DNA of 36,682 bases from Chitinophagaceae bacterium (GCA_035302865.1 DATGSF010000164.1:1-36682), one strand, 5' to 3'. Positions 1 to 8,970 are shown, numbered from the stretch's first letter. The notes: generated by a model not told the origin, from the letters alone. A program made the numbers and translations.

Positions 1-1228
1 ATACGGCTATACCTGCCACATTAGGAGCAGCCATGCTGGTACCTGTCGAATTGCCATAATTATTGTTTTTTAACGGAGCATAAACGTTTGTTCCAATAGC
101 TGTTATTTCTGGTTTTATACGCCCATCAGTAGTAGGTCCTCTGCTGGATGTGGCACGAACACCTACTTTATATTTCATCATGTTTCCAACCACCAACGTG
201 TTTTTTGCACTTGCAAATCCGCCATTTACAGTTTTATATCCTTGTGGATAAGGGGGACAAGTGAAATTTCCATCATTTGCTGCTGCAAAGATATGTAACA
301 CTTTGTCGTGGTTAATAGCAATCTCATCCATGGTTTGACTAGTAGCATTATATGTACCCATATAAGAACAATCTCCTAAAAAAGAACCATAAGAATTATT
401 AGTAACCGTTAAATTACTTGACGTAGCATATTGAGGTGTTTTTGCAATTATTTGACTGAAATAATCATTTATTACGTGAGCTTTAGGTGCATAACCACTT
501 CCATATACATCCTTATTGCCATTCCCAGCTATAGTTCCAGTAACATGTTCCCCATGATTCTCTGCTCCAGCTGGATTATAAGATATTAGTCTATTCTGTA
601 AGTCTACATGCATAACATCTGCATTATCTCCAATGCCAACTGTTATATTTTTACCTGTTAATCCAGAAATTTGTCCATGTGGCATAATCTGCTTGGCATT
701 TGTTATACCAATCACCTCTTCATCTAAAGGACTATCTTCAGGAGCTAATTCAATCCATAAAACGGATGGGTCAGCAGCTATTAAAGCTATTTCATCCAAA
801 CTTACACTTGTTTTAATTAAATGATGTTCGGCCCAAGCAAAGTTGATATTTCTTAATTTATATTTTGCAATAAAATTGCTTCTCTCGGAACTATTTATGG
901 CTGCAGTTTTAATCTGAACATCAATAAGTTCATTAGAGGAAAAGTCTTCTACTTTAAAAGCTATCTTATTTTCAGGATTTAGTGCGCTTATTTTTATATA
1001 ATCAGGAAGAACTCCATCTAAATGTTTCTTTAAGTATAAAATATAATGATAATCTGATATTTTATATACTTGATCTTTTTCTTCTAATTTTAAGTCATGA
1101 ATATTTATAGGTGACTGAGAGCTAGTAAGTTCAAACCATTTATTGGTGGGTGATTTTTTATTTTGTCCAATTCCTTGCAATTGAAAACTAATAAATACTG
1201 CAATTGTTAGCCATAAAGATTTAATCAT
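1..1228 (-). CDS. S8 (subtilisin-like) serine peptidase, N-terminal part; the C-terminus runs off the left edge of the window
   Basis: Absent from the ORF track because it is open at the window edge. My reverse-complement translation from the ATG (complement of 1226..1228) reads MIKSLWLTIAVFISFQLQG... (signal peptide) and stays open down to base 2. S8 catalytic contexts are present: TVGIGDNADV (Asp), HGEHVTGTIAG (His), VTNNSYG (oxyanion Asn) and GTSMAAPNVAG (Ser, encoded at 11..43). Confidence 0.85.
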   Translation of the reverse strand, partial: MIKSLWLTIAVFISFQLQGIGQNKKSPTNKWFELTSSQSPINIHDLKLEEKDQVYKISDYHYILYLKKHLDGVLPDYIKISALNPENKIAFKVEDFSSNELIDVQIKTAAINSSERSNFIAKYKLRNINFAWAEHHLIKTSVSLDEIALIAADPSVLWIELAPEDSPLDEEVIGITNAKQIMPHGQISGLTGKNITVGIGDNADVMHVDLQNRLISYNPAGAENHGEHVTGTIAGNGNKDVYGSGYAPKAHVINDYFSQIIAKTPQYATSSNLTVTNNSYGSFLGDCSYMGTYNATSQTMDEIAINHDKVLHIFAAANDGNFTCPPYPQGYKTVNGGFASAKNTLVVGNMMKYKVGVRATSSRGPTTDGRIKPEITAIGTNVYAPLKNNNYGNSTGTSMAAPNVAGIAV

Positions 1229-1367
1229 AAGGAAAAAAAATTTAATTATTACCAACTTTTAATATAAACTAAACGTCTATAAGTATAGAGTTAGCACACT
1301 ACACTATAAAAGTATAAAAAATATATTAAGAATGCGAAATAATTTTTCACCTTAAAATTTAGTAATC

Positions 1368-1844
1368 ATGATTTTTCAAAAAAGAAGTAGATATAACACT
1401 ACAAAAGATGTGAATTATCTAAAAGAGAAATTGACAAAGTCTTCTATTTTAGTAAGAAATCAAAGTTTCTTTATCAAACCTAAAGAAAATTTTCTACGTA
1501 TAATCCCTGATGCAGAAAATAATCAGGATTTGACCACATTGCCAGTTACCCATATACGCTTCAAAAGTCTCGGGAATGATAAAACACAAATAACATTATT
1601 ATCTAAACCGCGAAGAATAGATGCTGGAGGACCTTATTTATTGGTAATTTTCTGCTTATTTTTATTAGTTGCTGCTGCAGTAATTTACTTAGTAGATCCT
1701 TCTAGATCTAATTTTATACCTGTATTGTGTTTGGTAGGTTTATCGGCATTAGTCTATATAATATTCTGGTTTAGAATGCGTAAAGGTTATTACAATTATG
1801 TTAGAGGGATAAATAAGGAAATTGAAAGAATAGTTTCTTTATAG
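1368..1844 (+). CDS. hypothetical membrane protein (soluble N-terminal ~95 aa plus two C-terminal TM helices)
   Basis: ATG-started 158-aa ORF. Two hydrophobic stretches (PYLLVIFCLFLLVAAAVIYLV and FIPVLCLVGLSALVYIIFWF). No motif I recognise. Confidence 0.5.
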   Translation: MIFQKRSRYNTTKDVNYLKEKLTKSSILVRNQSFFIKPKENFLRIIPDAENNQDLTTLPVTHIRFKSLGNDKTQITLLSKPRRIDAGGPYLLVIFCLFLLVAAAVIYLVDPSRSNFIPVLCLVGLSALVYIIFWFRMRKGYYNYVRGINKEIERIVSL

Positions 1845-1900
1845 TTTTTCTTCTATAAAGCAAGATAAGAAAAGATAAAGATATGAGTTACTTAAAACCG

Positions 1901-1965
1901 AGGGTTGTACAATTATTTTGATTGTGAAGAAATTGTTTGCTAAGTTACAACCCTTATATTTTAAA
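1901..1965. terminator. putative hairpin terminator between convergent genes
   Basis: agggttgta (1901-1909) pairs with tacaaccct (1946-1954). An inner 5-bp stem pairs caatt with aattg. The hairpin is followed by tatattttaaattttt. The loop is long, so this is tentative. Confidence 0.4.
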
Positions 1966-2002
1966 TTTTTAAAGATTGTAATTTTAAAAATAAAGTTTTA
2001 AT

Positions 2003-2389
2003 CTATTTTTTTGTTCTTGCTTTTACAAAAAATCGTAGTGCTATCCTACTGACAAAATAAATTAATTGCCATTGAATCCAATGATTCTTAGTAAGTATCC
2101 TTTTAAAAAAATGTAAAATTCTAGATAGAGGTTTGCGTGTTTTTACTTTTTGAATTTTTGGTTCTACATTTAATTGAGAAGAGATTTGTTTTCTATTTTT
2201 CTTTTCCTTTCTTTTCTTTATTAAAGTACTCGCAGCTTTGCTAGAAAGTAATAATATTTTAGTGGGATTTATTAGCTCCGTTTTTAATGTATTTAATTCG
2301 TTTATCCTTTTGTCTTTTAAATAAGCTTGATGCTCTTTAAATTCTATATAAGAGCGAAATTTCTTCGATGTTTTTTGCTTATTATTCAT
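2003..2389 (-). CDS. hypothetical highly basic protein with a C-terminal hydrophobic helix (possible YqjK-like partner of the upstream two genes)
   Basis: 128-aa ATG ORF starting 11 nt after the upstream stop. It is K/R-rich, with an N-terminal helical region and the hydrophobic segment WIQWQLIYFVSRIALRFF. Confidence 0.5.
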   Translation of the reverse strand: MNNKQKTSKKFRSYIEFKEHQAYLKDKRINELNTLKTELINPTKILLLSSKAASTLIKKRKEKKNRKQISSQLNVEPKIQKVKTRKPLSRILHFFKRILTKNHWIQWQLIYFVSRIALRFFVKARTKK

Positions 2390-2400
2390 TATTACTATTT

Positions 2401-2727
2401 CTAGTGTTTTTTAGTTATCTTTTTAACTATCACTCTTGCTACTAAATGAAAAATAGGATTCCTAATTAACAAAATAAGAATGCCTAAAAGAATAAATATC
2501 CCCGTAGTGCAAAGAAAACCAAGAGCTGTATTATTTAGTAAACTGGCAAACCAATAAGACAAGGAAAAGCCCAAGAAAATTAGAGAAACAGAGAGGATGC
2601 TTGCAAATATTATTATAAATACTATAGTACTTGCAAAATCTATAATTCGTTCGAGGAGTCCTAAACGGTACTCCTCAATACGAATTTTAATAAACTCTTT
2701 AAACTTTTCTTTAATGCTATTTATCAA
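2401..2727 (-). CDS. small integral membrane protein, holin-X / DUF1469-like (YqjE-like)
   Basis: 108-aa ORF with two long hydrophobic helices (ASTIVFIIIFASILSVSLIFLGFSLSYWF and GFLCTTGIFILLGILILLI) and a basic tail. It starts at TTG and the ORF contains no ATG codon. It begins 16 nt after the YtxH stop. Confidence 0.55.
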   Translation of the reverse strand: MINSIKEKFKEFIKIRIEEYRLGLLERIIDFASTIVFIIIFASILSVSLIFLGFSLSYWFASLLNNTALGFLCTTGIFILLGILILLIRNPIFHLVARVIVKKITKKH

Positions 2728-2743
2728 GAGTTAAAATTTTGGA

Positions 2744-2953
2744 TTAGTTATAGATTTCTTCTTCGATATCAGAAGCAACTTTTTTTGCTTTTGTTTTTAA
2801 CTTATTAGTTAATTTGTCGAAACCATCTTTAATTTGATCTAATTGTTGGTTTCTTTTTTCTTTATCGGTTCCTAAAACATATCCAACTGCAACACCTACT
2901 GTTGCACCAACTAATAAAGCACCTAGTGTTTTTCCTAATGAATTGTTATCCAT
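2744..2953 (-). CDS. YtxH-domain protein (N-terminal Gly-rich membrane anchor plus amphipathic helix)
   Basis: 69 aa. GKTLGALLVGATVGVAVGYVLG is followed by a K/E/D-rich helix, the typical YtxH layout. Confidence 0.65.
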   Translation of the reverse strand: MDNNSLGKTLGALLVGATVGVAVGYVLGTDKEKRNQQLDQIKDGFDKLTNKLKTKAKKVASDIEEEIYN

Positions 2954-2974
2954 AATGTGATTGTTTTTAATTTT

Positions 2975-2988
2975 TATTGATTAATAAT
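2975..2988. repeat. copy 1 of an exact 14-bp direct repeat TATTGATTAATAAT in the ytxH/mutL divergent intergenic region
   Basis: Read directly from the sequence. The second copy is at 3107..3120. Confidence 0.7.
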
Positions 2989-3106
2989 ATTATGACAATT
3001 TTTATGCTAAAAGGTTTAATCTTAGCAATAAAAAAGTAAAAAAATTACAGTACAAAGATACAAATTTCTAATTAGCTAAAAAATTAAATATAGAATTAAC
3101 TATAAG

Positions 3107-3120
3107 TATTGATTAATAAT
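3107..3120. repeat. copy 2 of the exact 14-bp direct repeat TATTGATTAATAAT
   Basis: Read directly from the sequence. It lies 132 bp from copy 1 and about 60 bp upstream of the mutL -7 box. Confidence 0.7.
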
Positions 3121-3179
3121 TTAGCTTTTCTTAATTTCTTTGAATAGGAAGGTTTATTCTGGAATAAGAAGAAGTTTCT

Positions 3180-3187
3180 TAACTTTG
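3180..3187 (+). promoter_or_regulatory. Bacteroidota-type -7 box (TAACTTTG, consensus TAnnTTTG) for mutL
   Basis: Exact match to TAnnTTTG, 20 nt upstream of the mutL ATG. Confidence 0.5.
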
Positions 3188-3207
3188 TAAAAATTCTATT
3201 TAAACTA

Positions 3208-5082
3208 ATGATTAAATTACTTCCGAATCATCTTGCGAATCAAATTGCTGCTGGAGAAGTTATTCAAAGGCCTGCGTCGGTGTTGAAAGAATTGGTAGAA
3301 AATGCAATTGATGCTCAGGCCGAAAATATTAAAATTATAATTGAAGAAGCTGGAAAAAAAACAATTCAAGTCATAGATGATGGAAATGGTATGGATCCTT
3401 TTAATTTGAGAATGTGTTTTCAAAGACATGCTACTTCAAAAATAAAGGATATTGATGACCTATTCCAAATAGCAACCAAAGGATTTAGAGGAGAAGCTTT
3501 AGCTTCAATAGCTGCAGTTGCGCAGGTAGAAGTAAGAAGTAAAACTGAGAGCCAAGAAATAGGAAGTTCATTGTTTTTAGAAAATTCGGAAGTTGTTGCT
3601 GAAGAACATGTTGCAATGGACAAAGGTACGAATTTTATTATTAAAAATCTTTTTTATAATGTCCCTGCACGTAGAAAATTCTTAAAATCAAACAATGTTG
3701 AATTTAGGCATATAGCTGAAGAATTTATAAAAATTGCCTTAGCGCATCCTGATTTGAATTTTCAACTATACCATAATGGTAAGGAACAATTTCATGTTAG
3801 AAAAAGTAGCTATAAAAATAGAATTATTGCCTCGTTAGGGAGTAGGTATGAATCGGAATTGATACCTGTAGAAGAAGAAACAGATATTGTTAATATTAGA
3901 GGTTTTATTGGGGGACCCAAAGTCGCAATAAAAACAAGAGGAAATCAATATTTTTTTGTAAACAACCGTTATATAAAAAGTCCTTATCTCCATCATGCCA
4001 TTCGTAAAGCTTATGAGGATATTATCGACTCTGAGTCTTATCCATTTTATGTTCTGTATTTAGAAATAGATTTGAGGAAGGTGGATATAAATGTTCACCC
4101 AACAAAACAGGAAGTGAAATTTGAAGAGGAATCATTATTATATGCTTATTTACATGCTGCTGTAAAACATGCACTTGCTAAATATAATATTACTCCTTCA
4201 ATGGATTTTGAATTGGACGAGGGTATGGAACGAACAAGAGGAATTTCCCAACCAATGACCAATCAAGATGAAGAGAAATTAGAAAATAGTTATATAGTTC
4301 AATCATTTAATCAAAAAGGAAAAGCACACTTTATACCTTCTTCTAATGATAGAAAAGAATGGGAAAAGCAGAAGGGATTGCTCGGAATAACTACTCATAG
4401 GAGCATGGAAAACAAAGGTGATGTTTCTAGATTTCCCAAATACCCTGAATTTGAAGATGTTAAAAATACTAATTCAAGACAAGAAGAAGTTATTCAAAAT
4501 AATTTAGATATAAATATAGAACAGGAAAATAGTATTTTTATATATAGAGAACCCTATATAATAACAAGTGTAAAATCTGGGGTGGTTTTTATCCATGCTA
4601 AACGCGCATTGGAACGAATTTTTTATGAACGACAATGGAAGGCTTTTGAAAATCAGAGGGTGGTTTCACAGCAACTTTTATTTCCAGTTGATATATCAAT
4701 TGCTCCTGCAGATAGGGCACTTTTAGAAGATGCCAAACATTCTCTAAGAAAATTGGGATATGAATTACAAAAAAGTGAGGATAAGAAATATCAACTTTTA
4801 GCTATCCCCATCCATTTGCCTAATGGTAGAGAGCAAGATATTATTGATTATCTAATTGAATCTCTGCGCTTGGATAATACAATTCTAGAAGATGATAAAA
4901 GAAAAGATTTTCTAAAAGGCTATGTTAGATCCTTGGTGCAATTCAAAAAAATATCAAAAGAGGAGGTGCCTAAAATTATTTCAGATTTGTTTTCTTGCAT
5001 AGAACCAAGTTTTTCTCCTAGAGGTCAAGTGGTATTACAGACAATTTCTGAGGATAATATGAGAGCAATGTTTTCAGATTAA
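3208..5082 (+). CDS. mutL: DNA mismatch repair protein MutL
   Basis: The N-terminal GHKL ATPase motifs LANQIAAGEVIQRPASVLKELVENAIDA and DDGNGM are present. 624 aa with a MutL C-terminal dimerisation region. Confidence 0.95.
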   Translation: MIKLLPNHLANQIAAGEVIQRPASVLKELVENAIDAQAENIKIIIEEAGKKTIQVIDDGNGMDPFNLRMCFQRHATSKIKDIDDLFQIATKGFRGEALASIAAVAQVEVRSKTESQEIGSSLFLENSEVVAEEHVAMDKGTNFIIKNLFYNVPARRKFLKSNNVEFRHIAEEFIKIALAHPDLNFQLYHNGKEQFHVRKSSYKNRIIASLGSRYESELIPVEEETDIVNIRGFIGGPKVAIKTRGNQYFFVNNRYIKSPYLHHAIRKAYEDIIDSESYPFYVLYLEIDLRKVDINVHPTKQEVKFEEESLLYAYLHAAVKHALAKYNITPSMDFELDEGMERTRGISQPMTNQDEEKLENSYIVQSFNQKGKAHFIPSSNDRKEWEKQKGLLGITTHRSMENKGDVSRFPKYPEFEDVKNTNSRQEEVIQNNLDINIEQENSIFIYREPYIITSVKSGVVFIHAKRALERIFYERQWKAFENQRVVSQQLLFPVDISIAPADRALLEDAKHSLRKLGYELQKSEDKKYQLLAIPIHLPNGREQDIIDYLIESLRLDNTILEDDKRKDFLKGYVRSLVQFKKISKEEVPKIISDLFSCIEPSFSPRGQVVLQTISEDNMRAMFSD

Positions 5083-5278
5083 TATAGCAGAATGCTAAAA
5101 AAATATTAATAAATTAGTAAAATCTAAAAATAGCAATATTATATTTTTGGTAAGTTCAAGAATAAAGTTATTTTTGGGTTTCGTAAATAAAAAAATAGGG
5201 CAGAACAATTGTAAATATTTAATAGAATATTTATCTTGCCCCTAAAAATTTAAAAATTAAATCAAAAAAATCAGAATT

Positions 5279-6112
5279 ATGGCTGAAGTAAAAAGAGCTA
5301 GCGCTCAAAGTTCATCTAACGCTAAAAAAGCAAAAGGTTCCAATGGATTTTGGGTTAACCTAGGTATTGTAGTTCTTATGATTGCTATCGCACATATCTT
5401 ATTCTATGGGGTAGTTGGTAGTGCGGATAACTTTCTAGATGAAGAAAAAACATCTCCTGCTAATTGGATGGGTAACTTATATCAAGGTGGTTTTGTGATT
5501 CCGTTATTAATGTCCATGCTTTTAATTTTAATTGCATTTGTTATTGAAAGAGCAATTGTGATTATTAAAGCTAAAGGAAAAACTAATGGTGCTGAATTTG
5601 TACGTAAAGTGCAATATCATTTAGCAAATAAAAATGTTGATGCTGCAATTAAAGAATGTGATGTACAGAGTGGTTCTGTAGGAAATGTAATGAAAGCAGG
5701 CTTATTGAAATACAAAGAAATGATCAATAATACAGAATTGACTACAGATCAAAAAGTATTAAGTATCAATAAAGAAATTGAAGAAGCAGCTGCTTTAGAG
5801 ATTCCAATGTTAGAAAAGAATTTAGTTTTCTTATCTACTATTACTTCCGCTTCAACTCTATTAGGGTTAATTGGAACAGTAATAGGTATGATTCGTGCAT
5901 TCGCAGGAATGGCACAAGCGGGTGCTCCAGATGCAACAGCTTTAGCCTTAGGAATTTCTGAAGCATTATATAATACTGCTTTAGGTATTTCTGGTTCTTT
6001 CTTAGCAATGATATTTTACAATTTATATACCACTATTATTGAAGGTGTAACTTATAGTATTGATGAAAGCGGATTTACATTAACACAAAGTTTTGCAGCA
6101 AATTATAATTAA
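5279..6112 (+). CDS. exbB: MotA/TolQ/ExbB proton-channel family protein
   Basis: The C-terminal channel motif LGLIGTVIGMIRAF...ISEALYNTALGI is present. It is the first gene of an ExbB-ExbD-ExbD-TonB cluster. Confidence 0.9.
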   Translation: MAEVKRASAQSSSNAKKAKGSNGFWVNLGIVVLMIAIAHILFYGVVGSADNFLDEEKTSPANWMGNLYQGGFVIPLLMSMLLILIAFVIERAIVIIKAKGKTNGAEFVRKVQYHLANKNVDAAIKECDVQSGSVGNVMKAGLLKYKEMINNTELTTDQKVLSINKEIEEAAALEIPMLEKNLVFLSTITSASTLLGLIGTVIGMIRAFAGMAQAGAPDATALALGISEALYNTALGISGSFLAMIFYNLYTTIIEGVTYSIDESGFTLTQSFAANYN

Positions 6113-6173
6113 TTTGTGTGGAATTTTATGGAAAATGTAAATTAAATCATCTTAATAATAAAGAAAGAAAAAA

Positions 6174-6854
6174 ATGGCAAAGAAAAGAGGTCAAATAAAA
6201 AAGAAAGATACCTTTATTGATATGACAGCCTTGTGTGATTTTACACTTCTGTTATTGACCTTTTTTATCATGGCTACAAGTTTTAAACCTGAGGAATCCG
6301 TAGAAGTTGTAACTCCAGGTTCTACTTCTACTAAGGAAATACCAGAAGGCTTTATGCTTATTACCTTAGATAAGAATGGTAGGGTATTTTTTGGAGTAGA
6401 TAATATAAATGCCAAACGTGCTATAATTGATGTGGTAAATGATGACAAAAATTTAGGATTAACTCCAAGAGAAAAAGAAATTTTTGTTACCTCCTCTTCA
6501 ATTGGAGTTCCATTTTCCCAGATGAAGGGCTTCCTGAGTCTAGATGAAGCTGAAAGGAAAAAAGCAATAGACAATGTTGCTGGTATTCCAGTAGATACGA
6601 CTGGAAGTTATACCACAAACGAATTAGCATATTGGATTAGATTATCTCGTAACTATTTGGATAAAGGTGGACGTATCGCTATTAAAGCCGATGCATCATC
6701 AGGGTATCCAGATGTTAGTAAAATTATTTCTACATTAGGAAAACAAAAAATATTTACTTTTAGTTTTATTACTGATATGAAAGGTGTTCCAGAAGGAACA
6801 GCTTTGTTTGAAAAGATGGAATCTGCTAGAAGCGGTTCCTCTTCCGAGGAATAA
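6174..6854 (+). CDS. exbD: biopolymer transporter ExbD/TolR family (long paralogue, 226 aa)
   Basis: N-terminal ExbD signature IDMTALCDFTLLLLTFFIMATSF with a single TM helix. Confidence 0.85.
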   Translation: MAKKRGQIKKKDTFIDMTALCDFTLLLLTFFIMATSFKPEESVEVVTPGSTSTKEIPEGFMLITLDKNGRVFFGVDNINAKRAIIDVVNDDKNLGLTPREKEIFVTSSSIGVPFSQMKGFLSLDEAERKKAIDNVAGIPVDTTGSYTTNELAYWIRLSRNYLDKGGRIAIKADASSGYPDVSKIISTLGKQKIFTFSFITDMKGVPEGTALFEKMESARSGSSSEE

Positions 6855-6893
6855 ATAAATTGTAAATATAAATTGTAATCTAAAAAAAATATT

Positions 6894-7439
6894 ATGGCAG
6901 ATATACCTAATCAAAAAGGAAAACCACCACCAAGGGTCGACCTAACAGCGATGGTAGATATGAACTTTTTATTATTAACGTTCTTTATCTTGTCTACAAC
7001 CTTATCTAAACCGAAAGCAATGGAAATTGTTATGCCGTATAAGGATGATGAAATGACAGATGAAGACAGAAACAAGATTAAAAAAGATGTTGCATTAACC
7101 ATTCTGTTAGGAAAAAATAATAAAGTTTATTATTATGAAGGAATTGGTGATGATCCGAATCAATACCCCGATATTCGTCTAACTACTTTTCGTGATGTTG
7201 ATGGAATAAGGGATGTTATTATTGCTAAAAAGCAAAAAGTTGAACAATTGAAAGCAAATGGTACTTTAAAGGCTTCAGATAAAGCGACAGTAATTATAAA
7301 AGCTGATACTACAAGTACTACTGCAGACTTTATTAATATATTAGATGAAATGACTATTAATGCAATTCCTACTTATGCTGTGGTCGATATTACAGAACAA
7401 GATCAGGAGTTCATTTATGAATATGAAAATAGTAAATAA
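6894..7439 (+). CDS. exbD: biopolymer transporter ExbD/TolR family (181 aa)
   Basis: ExbD signature VDLTAMVDMNFLLLTFFILSTTL with a single TM helix. Confidence 0.85.
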   Translation: MADIPNQKGKPPPRVDLTAMVDMNFLLLTFFILSTTLSKPKAMEIVMPYKDDEMTDEDRNKIKKDVALTILLGKNNKVYYYEGIGDDPNQYPDIRLTTFRDVDGIRDVIIAKKQKVEQLKANGTLKASDKATVIIKADTTSTTADFINILDEMTINAIPTYAVVDITEQDQEFIYEYENSK

Positions 7440-7483
7440 CATATTAATTAAATAAAGTTGCAATTGCTTAAATAAAAGAAACT

Positions 7484-8311
7484 ATGGATATAAATAAAAT
7501 ATTAAAATCGGATTATCTTGATATTCTTTATGACGGAAGGAATAAAGAATATGGAGGTTATCCTCTGCGTAAAAATTACCGTCGAAGAACAATTTTGGCA
7601 GGACTTATATCTGGTGGTTTAGCAATTCTAATTATTTTAATTTCCCTTATCGAACCAAAAGAAGAAGTAGTAGAAGAAAAAGAGTTCGTTATAGATAATG
7701 TTGAAATAATGGATGCACCGCCATTGGATCAAGATGAGCCACCACCACCACCACCTGCTGCTACACCACCACCGCCGGTTAAACCTACTATTAAGTTTAC
7801 TCCGCCAGTAGTTAAGGAAAATGATCAAGTTCGTGAGGAAGATATACCTGATCAACCTGATCCTGGTGATAATGTAGAAGTTGGAAAAATTACTTTGGAA
7901 GGTTCTGATTCGCCAGATGCTATTAGTCCTAACTTAGCTACAAATTCAGGTGATGGGAGAGGTCAAGCGACACAACCTGCAGGTGAACAAAAGGAAGAAA
8001 TCTTTAGACATGTAGAAATAATGCCCGAATTTCCAGGTGGAGAGGCTGCAATGTATAGATACATTCAAAGAAATGTAAAATACCCAACAGAAGCTAGGAG
8101 AAACCAAATTGAGGGTACTGTGTATGTTGAATTTGTGGTAAAACCAGATGGCTCAATTTCTAATGTAAGGGCAATTAGAGGACCTGGAGGAGGCTTGCAA
8201 GAGGAGGCAGTACGAGTTGTTAAAAGTATGCCGAGTTGGAAGCCAGGAAGACAGAATAATAGAGCAGTGTCTGTACTTTTCTCAATTCCTATTAATTTCA
8301 CTTTACAATAA
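7484..8311 (+). CDS. tonB: energy transducer TonB
   Basis: N-terminal TM helix, Pro-rich linker DEPPPPPPAATPPPPVKPTIKFTPP, and a C-terminal TonB domain (MPEFPGGEAAMYRYIQRNVKYP...GTVYVEFVV...PGRQNNRAV). Confidence 0.85.
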   Translation: MDINKILKSDYLDILYDGRNKEYGGYPLRKNYRRRTILAGLISGGLAILIILISLIEPKEEVVEEKEFVIDNVEIMDAPPLDQDEPPPPPPAATPPPPVKPTIKFTPPVVKENDQVREEDIPDQPDPGDNVEVGKITLEGSDSPDAISPNLATNSGDGRGQATQPAGEQKEEIFRHVEIMPEFPGGEAAMYRYIQRNVKYPTEARRNQIEGTVYVEFVVKPDGSISNVRAIRGPGGGLQEEAVRVVKSMPSWKPGRQNNRAVSVLFSIPINFTLQ

Positions 8312-8333
8312 AAATATGACTTTTATATATTAA

Positions 8334-8368
8334 TATATGCGACTATTTAGTCGCATATATTTTTTTTT
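8334..8368 (+). terminator. intrinsic terminator after tonB
   Basis: tatatgcgac / gtcgcatata form a 10-bp stem with a 6-nt loop, followed by a run of 9 T. Confidence 0.8.
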
Positions 8369-8376
8369 ATCCTCTT

Positions 8377-8970
8377 TTAAAATTTAATCAATTTTATCCA
8401 TTCAAGATAAGCTTCTTTAGAATAATGTAACTTGTCTTTAGTTAAATACTTCTTCGGATTTTCTTTTCCTTGATTTTGACTTAATTTGAAAATATCTATA
8501 TAAGTGAATTTCCTTTTATCTGTTTCCTGCTTGATGAACTCATTGTAAATTTTAATCTCATCACTTGTTATTTTAGGATTTGGATGTTTTTCATTATTTT
8601 CAGCAAAAGGTGTATAACTCCAATCAGGTATTGAAAATATAAATACGTTTTTTCTTTCTTTTTTAAGTTTTTCAATAAAATCTAATAGAAAGAGAAATTC
8701 TTTTTTAAATATATTTATAGGATACTTTCTATATTGATTATTTACTCCAATTAGTAAACTTATATAATTATATTTGTCTTCGAAAGTATCATTTTTTATT
8801 GCTTCAATTAATTCATCTGTGGTCCATCCTGTTTTTGCAATGAGTTTTAACAAAATGCTATTATCTTTTTTTTCATTTATTAGACGAGATAATAATTGAT
8901 TTGGAAAGTTTTCTGAGAAATCTATTTGTTCTCCAATGGTATAACTATCTCCTAAAGCTAAATATTTCAT
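8377..8970 (-). CDS. SGNH/GDSL-family hydrolase
   Basis: N-terminal block I LALGDSYTIGE and later IGVNN. It starts 8 nt after the upstream aldehyde dehydrogenase stop, so it is probably co-transcribed. Confidence 0.75.
   Translation of the reverse strand: MKYLALGDSYTIGEQIDFSENFPNQLLSRLINEKKDNSILLKLIAKTGWTTDELIEAIKNDTFEDKYNYISLLIGVNNQYRKYPINIFKKEFLFLLDFIEKLKKERKNVFIFSIPDWSYTPFAENNEKHPNPKITSDEIKIYNEFIKQETDKRKFTYIDIFKLSQNQGKENPKKYLTKDKLHYSKEAYLEWIKLIKF

Noticed and set aside
633-824. 63-aa plus-strand ORF from the track
   Set aside because: It lies entirely antisense to the S8 peptidase reading frame, which has clear catalytic motifs. It has no motif of its own and its composition mirrors the sense frame.
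2401-2727. The holin-family gene as part of a prophage lysis cassette or toxin system
   Set aside because: No endolysin, spanin, or phage structural or regulatory genes are nearby. The context (YtxH upstream, small basic protein downstream) fits a cellular stress module.
3217-3623. Two minus-strand ORFs (70 and 67 aa) inside mutL
   Set aside because: They are antisense to the best-conserved part of MutL (the GHKL ATPase). This is a typical shadow-ORF artefact.
5083-5278. GC-richer patches (agggcag...cttgcccct) upstream of exbB as a structured RNA
   Set aside because: Only ~5-6 bp can pair and an extra base disrupts the stem. I see no recognisable motif, so this is most simply promoter or leader sequence.
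6191-7102. Minus-strand ORFs of 127 aa and 63 aa inside the two exbD genes
   Set aside because: They are antisense shadows of well-supported ExbD genes. They have no start context or motif.
7637-7855. Trp-rich 72-aa minus-strand ORF (RRWWCSSRWWWWW)
   Set aside because: The Trp run is simply the reverse complement of the CCA proline codons in the TonB linker.
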